From an uncultured virus (IMG/VR IMGVR_UViG_2061766007_000680) (lineage: Duplodnaviria > Heunggongvirae > Uroviricota > Caudoviricetes), in IMG/VR virus record IMGVR_UViG_2061766007_000680: a DNA stretch of 64,000 nucleotides. One strand, 5' to 3'. Position 1 is the stretch's first letter. Each line of letters starts with the position of its first letter. Positions 53,997 to 64,000 of the stretch are shown piece by piece. The translations under genes were made by a program, and so were the position numbers. The notes under the pieces are model-generated. The model saw nothing but the letters and a program-made list of their open reading frames with translations, made no database searches and was not told the DNA's origin.

Positions 53997-54410
53997 ATGA
54001 AAAGTACTAAAATTGTTTATAATGCAGACTTTGGCGGTTTCTCATTATCACCAGAAGCAATAATATGGTTAGAAGAAAACGCAGAAGACAAGACTATTCG
54101 AGACTTTCTAAAAAAAAGAAGAGAGGAATTATCTAAAAAAGAATTGGAATGGGGTTCAATTGAAGATGCAATGGCCTGTGATTTAGTATATTCTTTTAAC
54201 GAAGATGGTATTGAAAGACATCACCCAGATTTAGTAAAATGCGTAGAAACTATCGGTAAAGAAAATGCTGGAGGAAAATCCTCAAAATTATCTATTGCTA
54301 AAATTAAAGGCGATAAATATCGTATTGATGAATATGATGGTTGGGAAAGCGTAAGAGAACCAGAAGATTATGATTGGGTAGATATTGAAGACGAAGACTA
54401 TGAAAATTGA
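53997..54410 (+). CDS. Conserved phage protein, paralog of 33921
   Basis: Shared motifs. Confidence 0.85.
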   Translation: MKSTKIVYNADFGGFSLSPEAIIWLEENAEDKTIRDFLKKRREELSKKELEWGSIEDAMACDLVYSFNEDGIERHHPDLVKCVETIGKENAGGKSSKLSIAKIKGDKYRIDEYDGWESVREPEDYDWVDIEDEDYEN

Positions 54411-55539
54411 TTTTAGAAGAGACGATTTAATATATGGTTTAATTATTGTTTCAAGTGTATTTGTTATTATTGCTTTTACAATAATATTTATGTCAATCGT
54501 TCCTACATATCATTGTCCATATTGTAAGCACGAACTTATGAATCATAATACAGAAAAATATTGTTCCGAATGTGGACATAAACTTGATAGTGTAGAATTG
54601 TATAATAGTTTTAATAAGCCAAAAAACAAATAAAATTTAACATTTTTATTCCTGAAAATTTTTATATGTCAAAAAAATGTAATACTTTTTCAGCAGAAAT
54701 AAAAAAGTTTAACAAATAAAACAAACAAAAATGACAGCAAAAGAATTATACGAATTTACAAAACAATATAATGCAGAAAATCTTACATTGTATTTCAATT
54801 ATGATTATTGTGATTGTGAAGTAACTGATATAAGATTAGATATTGCAACATGCGGAGAAGATAAAATTATGCTACTTAATCTTAAAAAATAAAGGAGGAA
54901 TAAGAATATGACAATAAAAGAAAAAATAATCAATCGCCTCAACAAGGGATTTAACGGGCATTATAATATACCGTATGACGCGAACTGGAAGACAAATCAG
55001 GCGCGAGGCATGTGGTATCGTTCACAAGGTGCCCATTCATGGTATTTTAGCGATTTGAAACTATTTCCACATGAGTTGGTTGGTAGTCAATATTCAGCAA
55101 CAGAATGCCTCAAATGGAAAAGATGGTTAATTGACAAAAGCGAACGAGAGATTCATCAATATATAGAAGGAGTAACGACTTATGATAGTGAAACTTGCCT
55201 ACTCGAAAACCTTGATTAAAATTATGTTACAAACAAGAATAAAGATAAGAAAGTTATGGAAGCAAATTATAGAATTATTAAAATTGGAAAAAAATATTTT
55301 CCACAAGTAAAGTTTAGACGTGTAGTAACCGTAGGAAAAAACCAAAGCATCCAGCCTATTCTTGATTGGGCATATTTTAAAGATACACATGGAGATGACC
55401 AATGGTTTAAAACATATGATGAAGCGCTGCAAGCGTGTATTGAAGACGAAAAAACGGAAGTGTTCGATGAGATTACCGAGATAGAAATCAGGCGCGGGAA
55501 AGTGATAGAAGAACAAAAAACGCTCTAAATTTATATATT

Positions 55540-55917
55540 ATGGAAACAATAAATCATGAATGCTACGTATCATTAGAAGTAGCGAAATTATTAAAAGAAG
55601 CAGGGTTTGATTGGGAAATACGCTCATTATATGACGAGCAGAATAATTTTGTATGTTCGTTATATAGAGATTGGAATAATGTGACAATATGCAAATCTGC
55701 TCCAACTCTTGCTGTTGCACAAAGATGGTTGAGAGAAATAAAAGGGTATGCGGTATCTGTTTATCCTTCAGATGAAAGTGATGGGTGGTTAGTATCTCTT
55801 GATTTGATAGATGATTCTTCTTCTATATGGACAAAAGATTTAAACAATACCTACGAGGAAGCACTTGAAGCTGGAATCAAGAAATGTTTAACCTTATTAT
55901 TAAAGAATGAGGACTGA
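55540..55917 (+). CDS. Family C protein
   Basis: Family motifs. Confidence 0.9.
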   Translation: METINHECYVSLEVAKLLKEAGFDWEIRSLYDEQNNFVCSLYRDWNNVTICKSAPTLAVAQRWLREIKGYAVSVYPSDESDGWLVSLDLIDDSSSIWTKDLNNTYEEALEAGIKKCLTLLLKNED

Positions 55918-55951
55918 TTATGACACGCAAGGAAGAGAAAGGAGATAAATT

Positions 55952-56296
55952 ATGAAACACTTACAAAACAATTTTACTGATTTAATACAGTCAAAGAGGT
56001 TGTTGGATTTAGGCATACCAGAATGGACTGCTGACTGCCTAATCAAAAACAACGCAGAAGAAGATGGACCAACTATCAGGGTGAAGGAACCATATACAGC
56101 ATATTATTTTGCTAAGAATTCATATATACCTTGTTGGTCGGTTGGACGATTGATGGAGATATATGATGCATGTGTTGATAATGATGAAGGATGGCCAGTT
56201 GTTAAAAGTAATATAAGTTATGTGATTAATACCATTGTAGCTATAGATTATGCTGTAAGGGAAGGTAAGATCGACTTTTCTAAATTGGAGGACTGA
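55952..56296 (+). CDS. Family B protein
   Basis: Family motifs. Confidence 0.9.
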   Translation: MKHLQNNFTDLIQSKRLLDLGIPEWTADCLIKNNAEEDGPTIRVKEPYTAYYFAKNSYIPCWSVGRLMEIYDACVDNDEGWPVVKSNISYVINTIVAIDYAVREGKIDFSKLED

Positions 56297-57162
56297 TTAT
56301 GATACGCGAAGAAGAAATGATGGAAATGGGTTTAGCATTTCATGAAAAAATGTATTGGAGCACTGAACGTAGATAATCCTATGACATATCTTAAATGTTT
56401 AACTTTATTATTGGAGAACAATGAGTAAGAATCGTTGGAAATATACCTGCCCTATTTGTAAAAATAAGGTAGAAGAAAAATATACTCAACCTTATATTAA
56501 GAAAGGTTGGATTGGTGCTACTCATAATTGTCCGTGCTGTGGAGGTCTTTTAATAATTAATAAAGATCTTACATGTAGTGATTTCGAAGATGAGTGGCCA
56601 AGCGTTGATTATTTAGTAAAATACGATGAACCAGTATGGGGGCTAATAAAACAGGATGTTAACGAAAATATTAACCTTATACATGATTATGAAACTAGGA
56701 ATTATAAACTATGAATTCGTCAAAAAACTATACCAGGAATATGGGCGAAAATGAAACGGTAAATAGGATCTGGTAAGTTGACTATTTCCCTGGTTCACAA
56801 GAATAGAATAATAACTATGGCTTATATAGAAGAATATGATATTATTAGGCCACCAGATTGTGAGTATTTATAATAATAAAATAATATGGACTATATAAAA
56901 GAAATGTGGTTTAGCCCTGACCTATTCAGACTAACAAAAAAGGAAGATGGACAACATATATGCTGTGATGAGTTCATCGACTATAGTTTCAATGGAGATC
57001 ATGATGCACTGCAGGATATCTGGATCTCACGGACGGTCAATGGTATATAGACTACTATAATAGATGTGATAAACCATCTTTCTATGACCTTGTAGTATCA
57101 GATTTCTCACTAGCACAAAACGTTGAAGAAGATTAAATGTAAAAAACTAAAATTAAATTATT

Positions 57163-57426
57163 ATGAAAGATATTTTTACAATAGCAAAAATTTTTCTTAT
57201 ATCATGCATAATAGCAATCGTGGCTATTTTAATAATGGTTGGCTGTACGAATGAACCATATAAAGCCGACGTAGTACAAGATAATAACCGTTTCCAAACA
57301 GTGTATATACAAAATTTTGACGTCAGTGGAGGCGGTATTTATATCATCGTGGATAAAGAAACAAACGTTAAGTATATGTATATCAAAAACGATTATGGTT
57401 CTGGATTAACTAAATTGGAGGAATAA
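57163..57426 (+). CDS. Small putative lipoprotein
   Basis: Hydrophobic signal ending LIMVGC; YIIVDKET.VKY. Confidence 0.7.
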   Translation: MKDIFTIAKIFLISCIIAIVAILIMVGCTNEPYKADVVQDNNRFQTVYIQNFDVSGGGIYIIVDKETNVKYMYIKNDYGSGLTKLEE

Positions 57427-57427
57427 T

Positions 57428-57835
57428 ATGATAGCATTAGGTGGAGCAGTTTGGGCAGCATTGATGCCTATGTGGGATTCTAATAATGAATGCCATGATT
57501 ATTATTCACATTTTGATAAAGAACCTGAGGAATATCAATGTGATGTAATATTTAAATTTCAAATCTTATCTGATAAAGGATATAGTATTAAGAATATATT
57601 AGAAGAACATTTTAATAAATCAAGTGATTTTATAAGAAGTTTTCCTCCTATATATGAAATTGATGAAAATGAAAATACATTTGAATTAAAAATGATAAAG
57701 GCCCCATATAAGTTGCACCATTCTCAAATAATTGAATTATTATCTGTTAATGGCTTTATTCCAGGAGAAGACTATATTTTGAGTTGGATATTTGGAACTT
57801 GGAATAGAAAAACAAATGAATTTAATGTATCATGA
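57428..57835 (+). CDS. Paralog of 29763..30164
   Basis: MIALGGAVWAAL...WNRKT.EF. Confidence 0.85.
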   Translation: MIALGGAVWAALMPMWDSNNECHDYYSHFDKEPEEYQCDVIFKFQILSDKGYSIKNILEEHFNKSSDFIRSFPPIYEIDENENTFELKMIKAPYKLHHSQIIELLSVNGFIPGEDYILSWIFGTWNRKTNEFNVS

Positions 57836-58106
57836 TGACAAATATTGAATATTCAGTTAAAGAAGAAATAACAGACTTTGGGAAAGTTTGGTATTTTACA
57901 GATACAGGGAAACAATCAATATTAAGTTTTATAAGTCAAAGCGATTATATAACATTAAAAGGAAATAAAATTACTATTAATAATTTATCAAGTTTATCTA
58001 TAAGATGTGTAATAGCACATAATTTACCATCTAAAACAACACAAAATATTTTTGCTAATACCATAAACAAATAACAAAAGTATTAATTTTACAAAATTTA
58101 TTTTAT

Positions 58107-59265
58107 ATGAATACAAATAAAGAATATAAACGCGTGCCATTCACTATTGGACTAGCAAAGAAAATTCAATCTGGAGAAGTTGAAGGTAGGATAGTAACAA
58201 GTGAAGATTTACTTGTTCGTATAGTAGATTTCAATTTTAAAGATAAAACAGATAGTATCGTGTATATTGGAACTTATGCAAACGGAGAACAAGAATTTAT
58301 TCAGACTTGTGACAATGAAGGCAAAAGTTTTGGTGCGGATGTTTTATTTATCGAACTCCCAGAAAAAGCGCCAAAACAAAAAGGAGAATTGACACTTGGC
58401 AAATGCAAAGAGGGTGATGAGGTTTGGATATACAGTAATTATGAATATGGCCCAGAATATGTAAAAGTCAAAGTCGGCAAATTCTCTTTAGATATATCTA
58501 GTGGGCATCGTAGGAATGTCACATTTGATGACGGATTTACATGTCAAGAATTAACATCTCAAATATGCTGGTATGAAAACCCAGAAGAACAAAAAACGAA
58601 AACTAAAGAGTTCAAAGTTGGAGATAAAGTTAAAATATATCCAGATAAAACAAATAGTAACCATTCTTTTGCTGTAATAGATAGAAGAGGGAGTATCGGA
58701 TATATTACAAGTAAAGGTGCTTGTGGTTTCGCCGTAAAAGTTATTGGATTAGAAGATGAAATAGTACTTATGCCGTCTGAATTACAACTATTGGAAGAAA
58801 CACCAGAAAAAGAAGAATTTCATGGAATAGATGGCGCTGATTTTGTAAGTTATGAAAGACGGAAATCAAAAGAACAAAAGTTAAAGAATAAGTTCAAAGC
58901 AGGTGATCCAGTTAAGATTATTAGTGGAGAGTTTGAAGGAACATATGGCACTATCTATCAAGATGTAGAAAGTATATATGCGATAGTGAATATTTATGGT
59001 TATGGGCATCGTTCAGTTCCTGTTCGTAATATTGTCTTATTTAATAATGTGGGAAGAGTGATTAAAGAAGAACCAAAGTACATGTTCAAACCGTTTGACA
59101 AGGTGCTGGTGAGAGCAAGTGAATTTGATAAATGGAAAGCTAACTTTTTTTTCACATATGGACGAAGGGTATTATAAGTGTGTTAATAGCCGCTATGCGC
59201 AATGCATCCCATACGAAGGTAATGAACATTTATTGGGTACAACTATCGATCCAAATAAACAATAA
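58107..59265 (+). CDS. Longest family A protein, frameshifted at a T8 run (59145-59152)
   Basis: The conserved CIPYEGNEHLLGTT tail lies in the +1 frame; removing one T restores it. Confidence 0.8.
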
Positions 59266-59304
59266 ATTATGAAAACAAATTAATAAATTAATATCTATAA
59301 TAAA

Positions 59305-59667
59305 ATGCAAAACAATTTTACAACTATTGAACAATCAAAAAGACTGTTAGAGTTAGGAGTGCCAGCAGATAGCGCGGATTGCTATTATCATCACTATTTC
59401 ACAAACGATCCGACTCCACTTCTTCGTGTATTACAACTTCAATGGGACGAGACAATTGGAGCGATTAGAGGGAAAACTGGACAAAAAATAGAACCTTGTT
59501 GGTCGGTTGGTAGATTGATTGAAATTTTCGAGTTATGTTATACTGATAGAATAGATGAGCATGTATGGTACAATCATCCAGGAAAGGGGAATACTATCGT
59601 CGAGAGGGTTATGTGGGATTTTAATGACAAAGCAGAAAAAATGAACTTTTCAAAATTGGAGGAATAA
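59305..59667 (+). CDS. Family B protein
   Basis: Family motifs. Confidence 0.9.
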   Translation: MQNNFTTIEQSKRLLELGVPADSADCYYHHYFTNDPTPLLRVLQLQWDETIGAIRGKTGQKIEPCWSVGRLIEIFELCYTDRIDEHVWYNHPGKGNTIVERVMWDFNDKAEKMNFSKLEE

Positions 59668-59670
59668 AAT

Positions 59671-59886
59671 ATGATATACCTAAAAAGAATTTTATTTGGT
59701 TTAGCATGGCTACTATATAGAAGCATTTGGGCGCTGTTAATGCTTCCATCATTTGTTGTTATATTAGTTATAGTTCTACCTATATACTATATTAAAAATG
59801 GAACAGTATATGGCTTCGGCAATAAAATAGAATATTATGAACAACCTATATGGGACTGGATTAATAAATTCGATCCTGATGAATAA
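59671..59886 (+). CDS. Small membrane protein, paralog of 16287
   Basis: Shared sequence. Confidence 0.85.
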   Translation: MIYLKRILFGLAWLLYRSIWALLMLPSFVVILVIVLPIYYIKNGTVYGFGNKIEYYEQPIWDWINKFDPDE

Positions 59887-60736
59887 TTTTTTTTCTTTTC
59901 GAAAATTTATATTATTCAAATAATTATAGTACTTTTGCAATAGATTATAAAAACAAATAAAATGGATAATATGGAACATACACTTTATTCGAGATTTTTT
60001 GACAGTGCAAATTGTTATGATCCGAACGACGAATGGTATAATCCAACAAGACAAAATTGTCAATTTAATGTTTTTATTAACCCTAACGAATAACAGGAGG
60101 ACTGATTATGACAGTTAATGATATATATGATTTAAATGGAAAAACACCAAAAAATGGTGATAAAATTGTAATATCAGATGGATGGACAACAGGTAATTCT
60201 TATGTAATGACTGGAATAGTTAAAGAATTTATTGAAAAACCAAAGACATTAAAGATGGTGGTAACCATTGAAAAAAGTGGATTATATGGATATCATGAAC
60301 ACAAACCATATGTTGAAAGTGAAAAAACAATTGGTTTTCCGTCAGACCATATTAAATTTGTAATTGTAAGTTAAAAATTATGACAAAAGAATTATTAAAT
60401 AATGCAACAGAGTTTGACATTTTTGTAAAAACATATACTGGTGATCATCATGATGGTCATGGAAATGTAGTAAGTAATTTGTTGAAGCCAGAAAAATATC
60501 CTTGTGTATTACTTTGGCAAATTGTAGTTGATAATGATGGTTGTGATTATATTGATGGCGAATATGTTTATTTAAGTGATTTTAAAAATAATTAATTATG
60601 ATACAACTTTGATATGATGCATATAAACAATTAATAGAAGAAAATATTGTTTGGTTATTAAAAATAATCCAGAACCATCATTGGAAAAAGATCACATCAT
60701 TGAGGTTCTTAGAGGTAGCATTAAATTATTATACAA

Positions 60737-61219
60737 ATGAAAAGATATATAGGTGATATAGTTCCAGAGAAAAATACAATTTTTGTATTTGGCAGTAATC
60801 CAGAAGGTAGGCATGGTGCTGGTGCTGCTAAAGTTGCTCGTGAAAAATTTGGAGCAATTTATGGAAAAGGTGAAGGCCCTCAAGGAAATGCATATGCAAT
60901 TCCTACAAAAGATTTACGAGTAAAAGAAAATAATGGTTACCGTTCAATTCCAAGAGAAACTATTATTGAAAGCATAAGGAAATTCTATAAGTATGCTATT
61001 AAGCATCCAGAATTAAATTTCAAAGTTGCATATAATAATAAAGAAAACGAAAAAACACTTAATGGATATGATGGTTTTGAGATGTTATTGATGTTTCACC
61101 AAGCATCTGCAGAATATAACTATAATATTCCAGAAAATGTATTTTTCTCAGCTAATTGGTGGACAATGTATTATACATATATAAAACCTGGAGAAAAAGA
61201 AGAAAGAGATTATGATTAA
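60737..61219 (+). CDS. A1S_2505-like phage protein (macrodomain-related Gly-rich motif)
   Basis: IFVFGSN.EGRHGAGAA..A...FGA..G...G.QG.AYAIPT. Confidence 0.75.
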   Translation: MKRYIGDIVPEKNTIFVFGSNPEGRHGAGAAKVAREKFGAIYGKGEGPQGNAYAIPTKDLRVKENNGYRSIPRETIIESIRKFYKYAIKHPELNFKVAYNNKENEKTLNGYDGFEMLLMFHQASAEYNYNIPENVFFSANWWTMYYTYIKPGEKEERDYD

Positions 61220-61676
61220 AGATATAAACATATTATTTAAAACTTTATGCATGTTATTAGCATATAATGTAAAATGCGAAGTAATTGATAGAGGCGTTAA
61301 AATTATAGGAACACTAAATGGTTATACACCTTTGACTGATGGAAGTAAACTATTTGGTTTATCTAATAAAGAGTATGATGCTCCAGATAAGTATTGGCAA
61401 CCAAAGGCGCAATTCTCGGTAGAAGAAATTAAACCATATCTTCGCCCAATGTCAAGTATGACAGATGAGGAAAAAGAAGAACTTAAACAAGAGTTCTGTA
61501 TAGACGTTAGAGAAGAAGATAACGGAAGACATACAGAGGAATATGGATACGTAACTGTTTACCATAACTTTAACAATGAAACATGGTATATACCATACGA
61601 AGCAATAGATTGGCTTAATGAACACCATTTTGACTATAGAGGTTTAATCGAAAAAGGATTAGCAATGAAATATTGA
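61212..61676 (+). CDS. Conserved Bacteroidota phage protein
   Basis: IKPYLRPMSSMT.EE, IDWL..HHFDYRGLIEKGLA. Confidence 0.8.
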   Translation: MIKDINILFKTLCMLLAYNVKCEVIDRGVKIIGTLNGYTPLTDGSKLFGLSNKEYDAPDKYWQPKAQFSVEEIKPYLRPMSSMTDEEKEELKQEFCIDVREEDNGRHTEEYGYVTVYHNFNNETWYIPYEAIDWLNEHHFDYRGLIEKGLAMKY

Positions 61677-64000
61677 AGGAGTGATTATGACGGCAAAAGA
61701 ATTATACGAATTTATAAAATAATAGGTAACTTATGATATAGGAGAAACTGAAGATTTGCCAGCGGAAGGAATGGCTTGCAGATTTTTAGACATGGTTGGA
61801 GATTAAAACAAAAAAGTAAATTATAATTATGGAAAGTAAATTATCACAATATTTAGAAATACTACATGACTTTTTCTTCAATGAAAAGAATGAAAAAGAA
61901 ACTGATCAATTTCAACCTATCATCAAACAAACAGATATTAAGGATAAATTGACTCTTGATATAGATGGTACTCCTTATCAAATTGATGGAGTGCATATCT
62001 CACACAGATATATGCCAGAGGAATACTTTGATGTCACCGTAAACTTCTACAACGAAGAGTTGAAAAAAAAAGTTTATGTTACAAATTTTGTCAACGAGTA
62101 ATCCGAATATACGATCAAGAAAACAAGATGTCATATATAGAAATGTAGCATTAGATGACCAAGAAGGAAAACACCTTTTCAACTATTTTAATGTTATCGT
62201 TTCTAACATTGATTTAGGAGAACAAGATGCTTCTGCTTTACTATATATGGACTATTGGAGAATTCACGATGACTCTGGCTCTAAATATGAAAAACAACTA
62301 TTTAACGATTTGACGCTTAACAGCGAAGAACTTGCATATATCCAAAAGGAACAAATGAAACGTATGGGATGGTATGCAGAGTGCGATGATTAAAATTAAC
62401 AAATAATATGGAGGGTATTATACATACACAAATTTCTGATCGAGATTTAAGCATAAAATTACAAAAAGACATATTTAATATGGTGACAACTGACAACTTT
62501 AAATTGTATGATGAATATGTCAACAACCTTGTAATCCTTGATAAAGACGAAAAAATAGCCCGCGAATTCGTTAATTAATTCTTTGGAAATAGATTGAATA
62601 AATATGACAAAAGATAAAAAAATATATAAAATAAACGTTTCTTCAATGTCAATCATTGCTACCTATAATAAGGTTAGCGATATTACACCAGATAGAGATA
62701 TATACCGAGTTATTAACGGTAATAAACAAATATTCAAAGACGGATATATGTACCGTAAGGCTTGTGACATAACGATCAATAACGAAACTGGTATAATAAC
62801 AGACCTATTATCGGCAAAAAGCAAAAGAGATAAAATCTATGATAAATATGAATATACTATTAACCTTTTAAATAATAGTAACTATACTATCCAGGAAATA
62901 TGCGAACTATCCAAAAAACAAGGTATAAAGGTTTGTGAGGCAACCTGTAGAAAATTAAAAAAAGAATATGTATTTTAAAAAAATAATTAAATTATGAGAG
63001 TAACATCGTATAAATTAACGCATAAAAAACCAGAAAAAAGTTTTGATTACCTTGGAGGAGGAAATGATAATCAAAATGGCTATAGTTTCGGACTATGGGA
63101 TGAATATTTTTGTTGGAATCAAAATGGTTTTAAAAATGCCCTATATCATTATTTTGAGGCAAATAATAATAACGAAAAGAAAAAAACAAAAGAACGTGTA
63201 GAAAGTTGTTATCCAAAACAATATCCGTGTATTATGAAAATATGGAGTTATGATACCTTTGAAGGGTATAGATTATACGCAGACTTTTATTACATTTAAA
63301 ATTATAAAAATAAGTTATGTATAAATTAATAACTATATGCTGTAATAATTGTGGTAGAGCATTTGATTTTACACCACGCGATATTGAAGAGGGGCGAACA
63401 TCAACAGGAAACGTTGTACCATACGTTGAATGCCCCTATTGTGATAACCCTCAAAACCCTTAGAAACAGAGAAGATTAAGGACTATAGACTATTAATAAT
63501 TATGAAAATATACAGAGCAATATTTAAATACAATAACGGAGAGTCATTTGAATATCTACAGTGGTATGAAAAATATTCTCCCTGGTACAGTAGTAAAAAC
63601 TTGGCAGCAAAACACTTGCCACTATTAGAAAAACTGAAAGATTATATTTGTTTTCAAACATCTAGTTGTAATTTTGAATACCTAGACCCATATATCGAAG
63701 AAACTGAGGTATATGATTGTGTGCAAACATTGGTTTTTGATAACATAGACGAAGATAGATTTAATAAATTTGAATATGTGCCATACGAAGGAAAATATGA
63801 AATAACATCCAGTGAATTTGAAAGCGTCGGGTCAGAATGGTCTGTATATCTAACAATAGACAATAATGTGCACTATCTTGTTAATTTCACTTCTTATTAT
63901 GGAAAACCAGAATTTAAAATTAAAAAGGGCTATAATAGGACGCAAGGATATGATCATACCGAACTATATTATAAGTATGATAAACAAACTAAAGAAAAGT

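Noticed and set aside
1..64000. Stop-codon recoding (TAG=Gln, as in Lak or some crAss-like phages)
   Set aside because: ORFs are long and abutting under code 11. Paralogs end at the same position with TAA (1124) or TAG (18869), pncB ends in TAG, and no suppressor tRNA was seen.
1..64000. CRISPR array
   Set aside because: No regularly spaced direct repeats were seen. The FETNSS repeats are protein motifs with synonymous variation, hundreds of bp apart.

Overview
This window looks like part of a large, AT-rich phage of a Bacteroidota host. Genes are densely packed and essentially all on the + strand. Starts are A-rich without Shine-Dalgarno motifs, TAnnTTTG (-7) promoters recur, and the standard genetic code is used (TAG is a stop). 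No structural or core replication genes are visible; this is an accessory/early region of short ORFs, many in paralog families. Recognisable genes: nucleoside 2-deoxyribosyltransferase-like, GH73-like glucosaminidase, metallophosphoesterase, HNH endonuclease, PARG-type macrodomain protein, DenV-like glycosylase, RtcB, a radical SAM enzyme, a pncA-nadE-pncB NAD salvage trio and a Dam methylase. The most interesting parts are three. (1) A tRNA operon at 20.1-22.6 kb is preceded by a 28-codon leader ORF. Its codons 4-17 all match anticodons in the cluster, and it overlaps competing antiterminator/terminator helices, suggesting an attenuator that senses tRNA depletion. (2) The operon ends in a ~107-nt RNase P RNA-like element and contains several structurally aberrant tRNAs. 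(3) A radical SAM gene is followed by seven ORFs sharing an N-terminal 'R-x-x-[VL]-FETNSS-[ST][TQ]-H' motif. The 4.1-16.2 kb segment holds every N-gap, has its own promoter variant and carries diverged homologs of genes found later, so it may come from a second phage (chimeric scaffold or recombined block). All calls are by eye; no searches were run.
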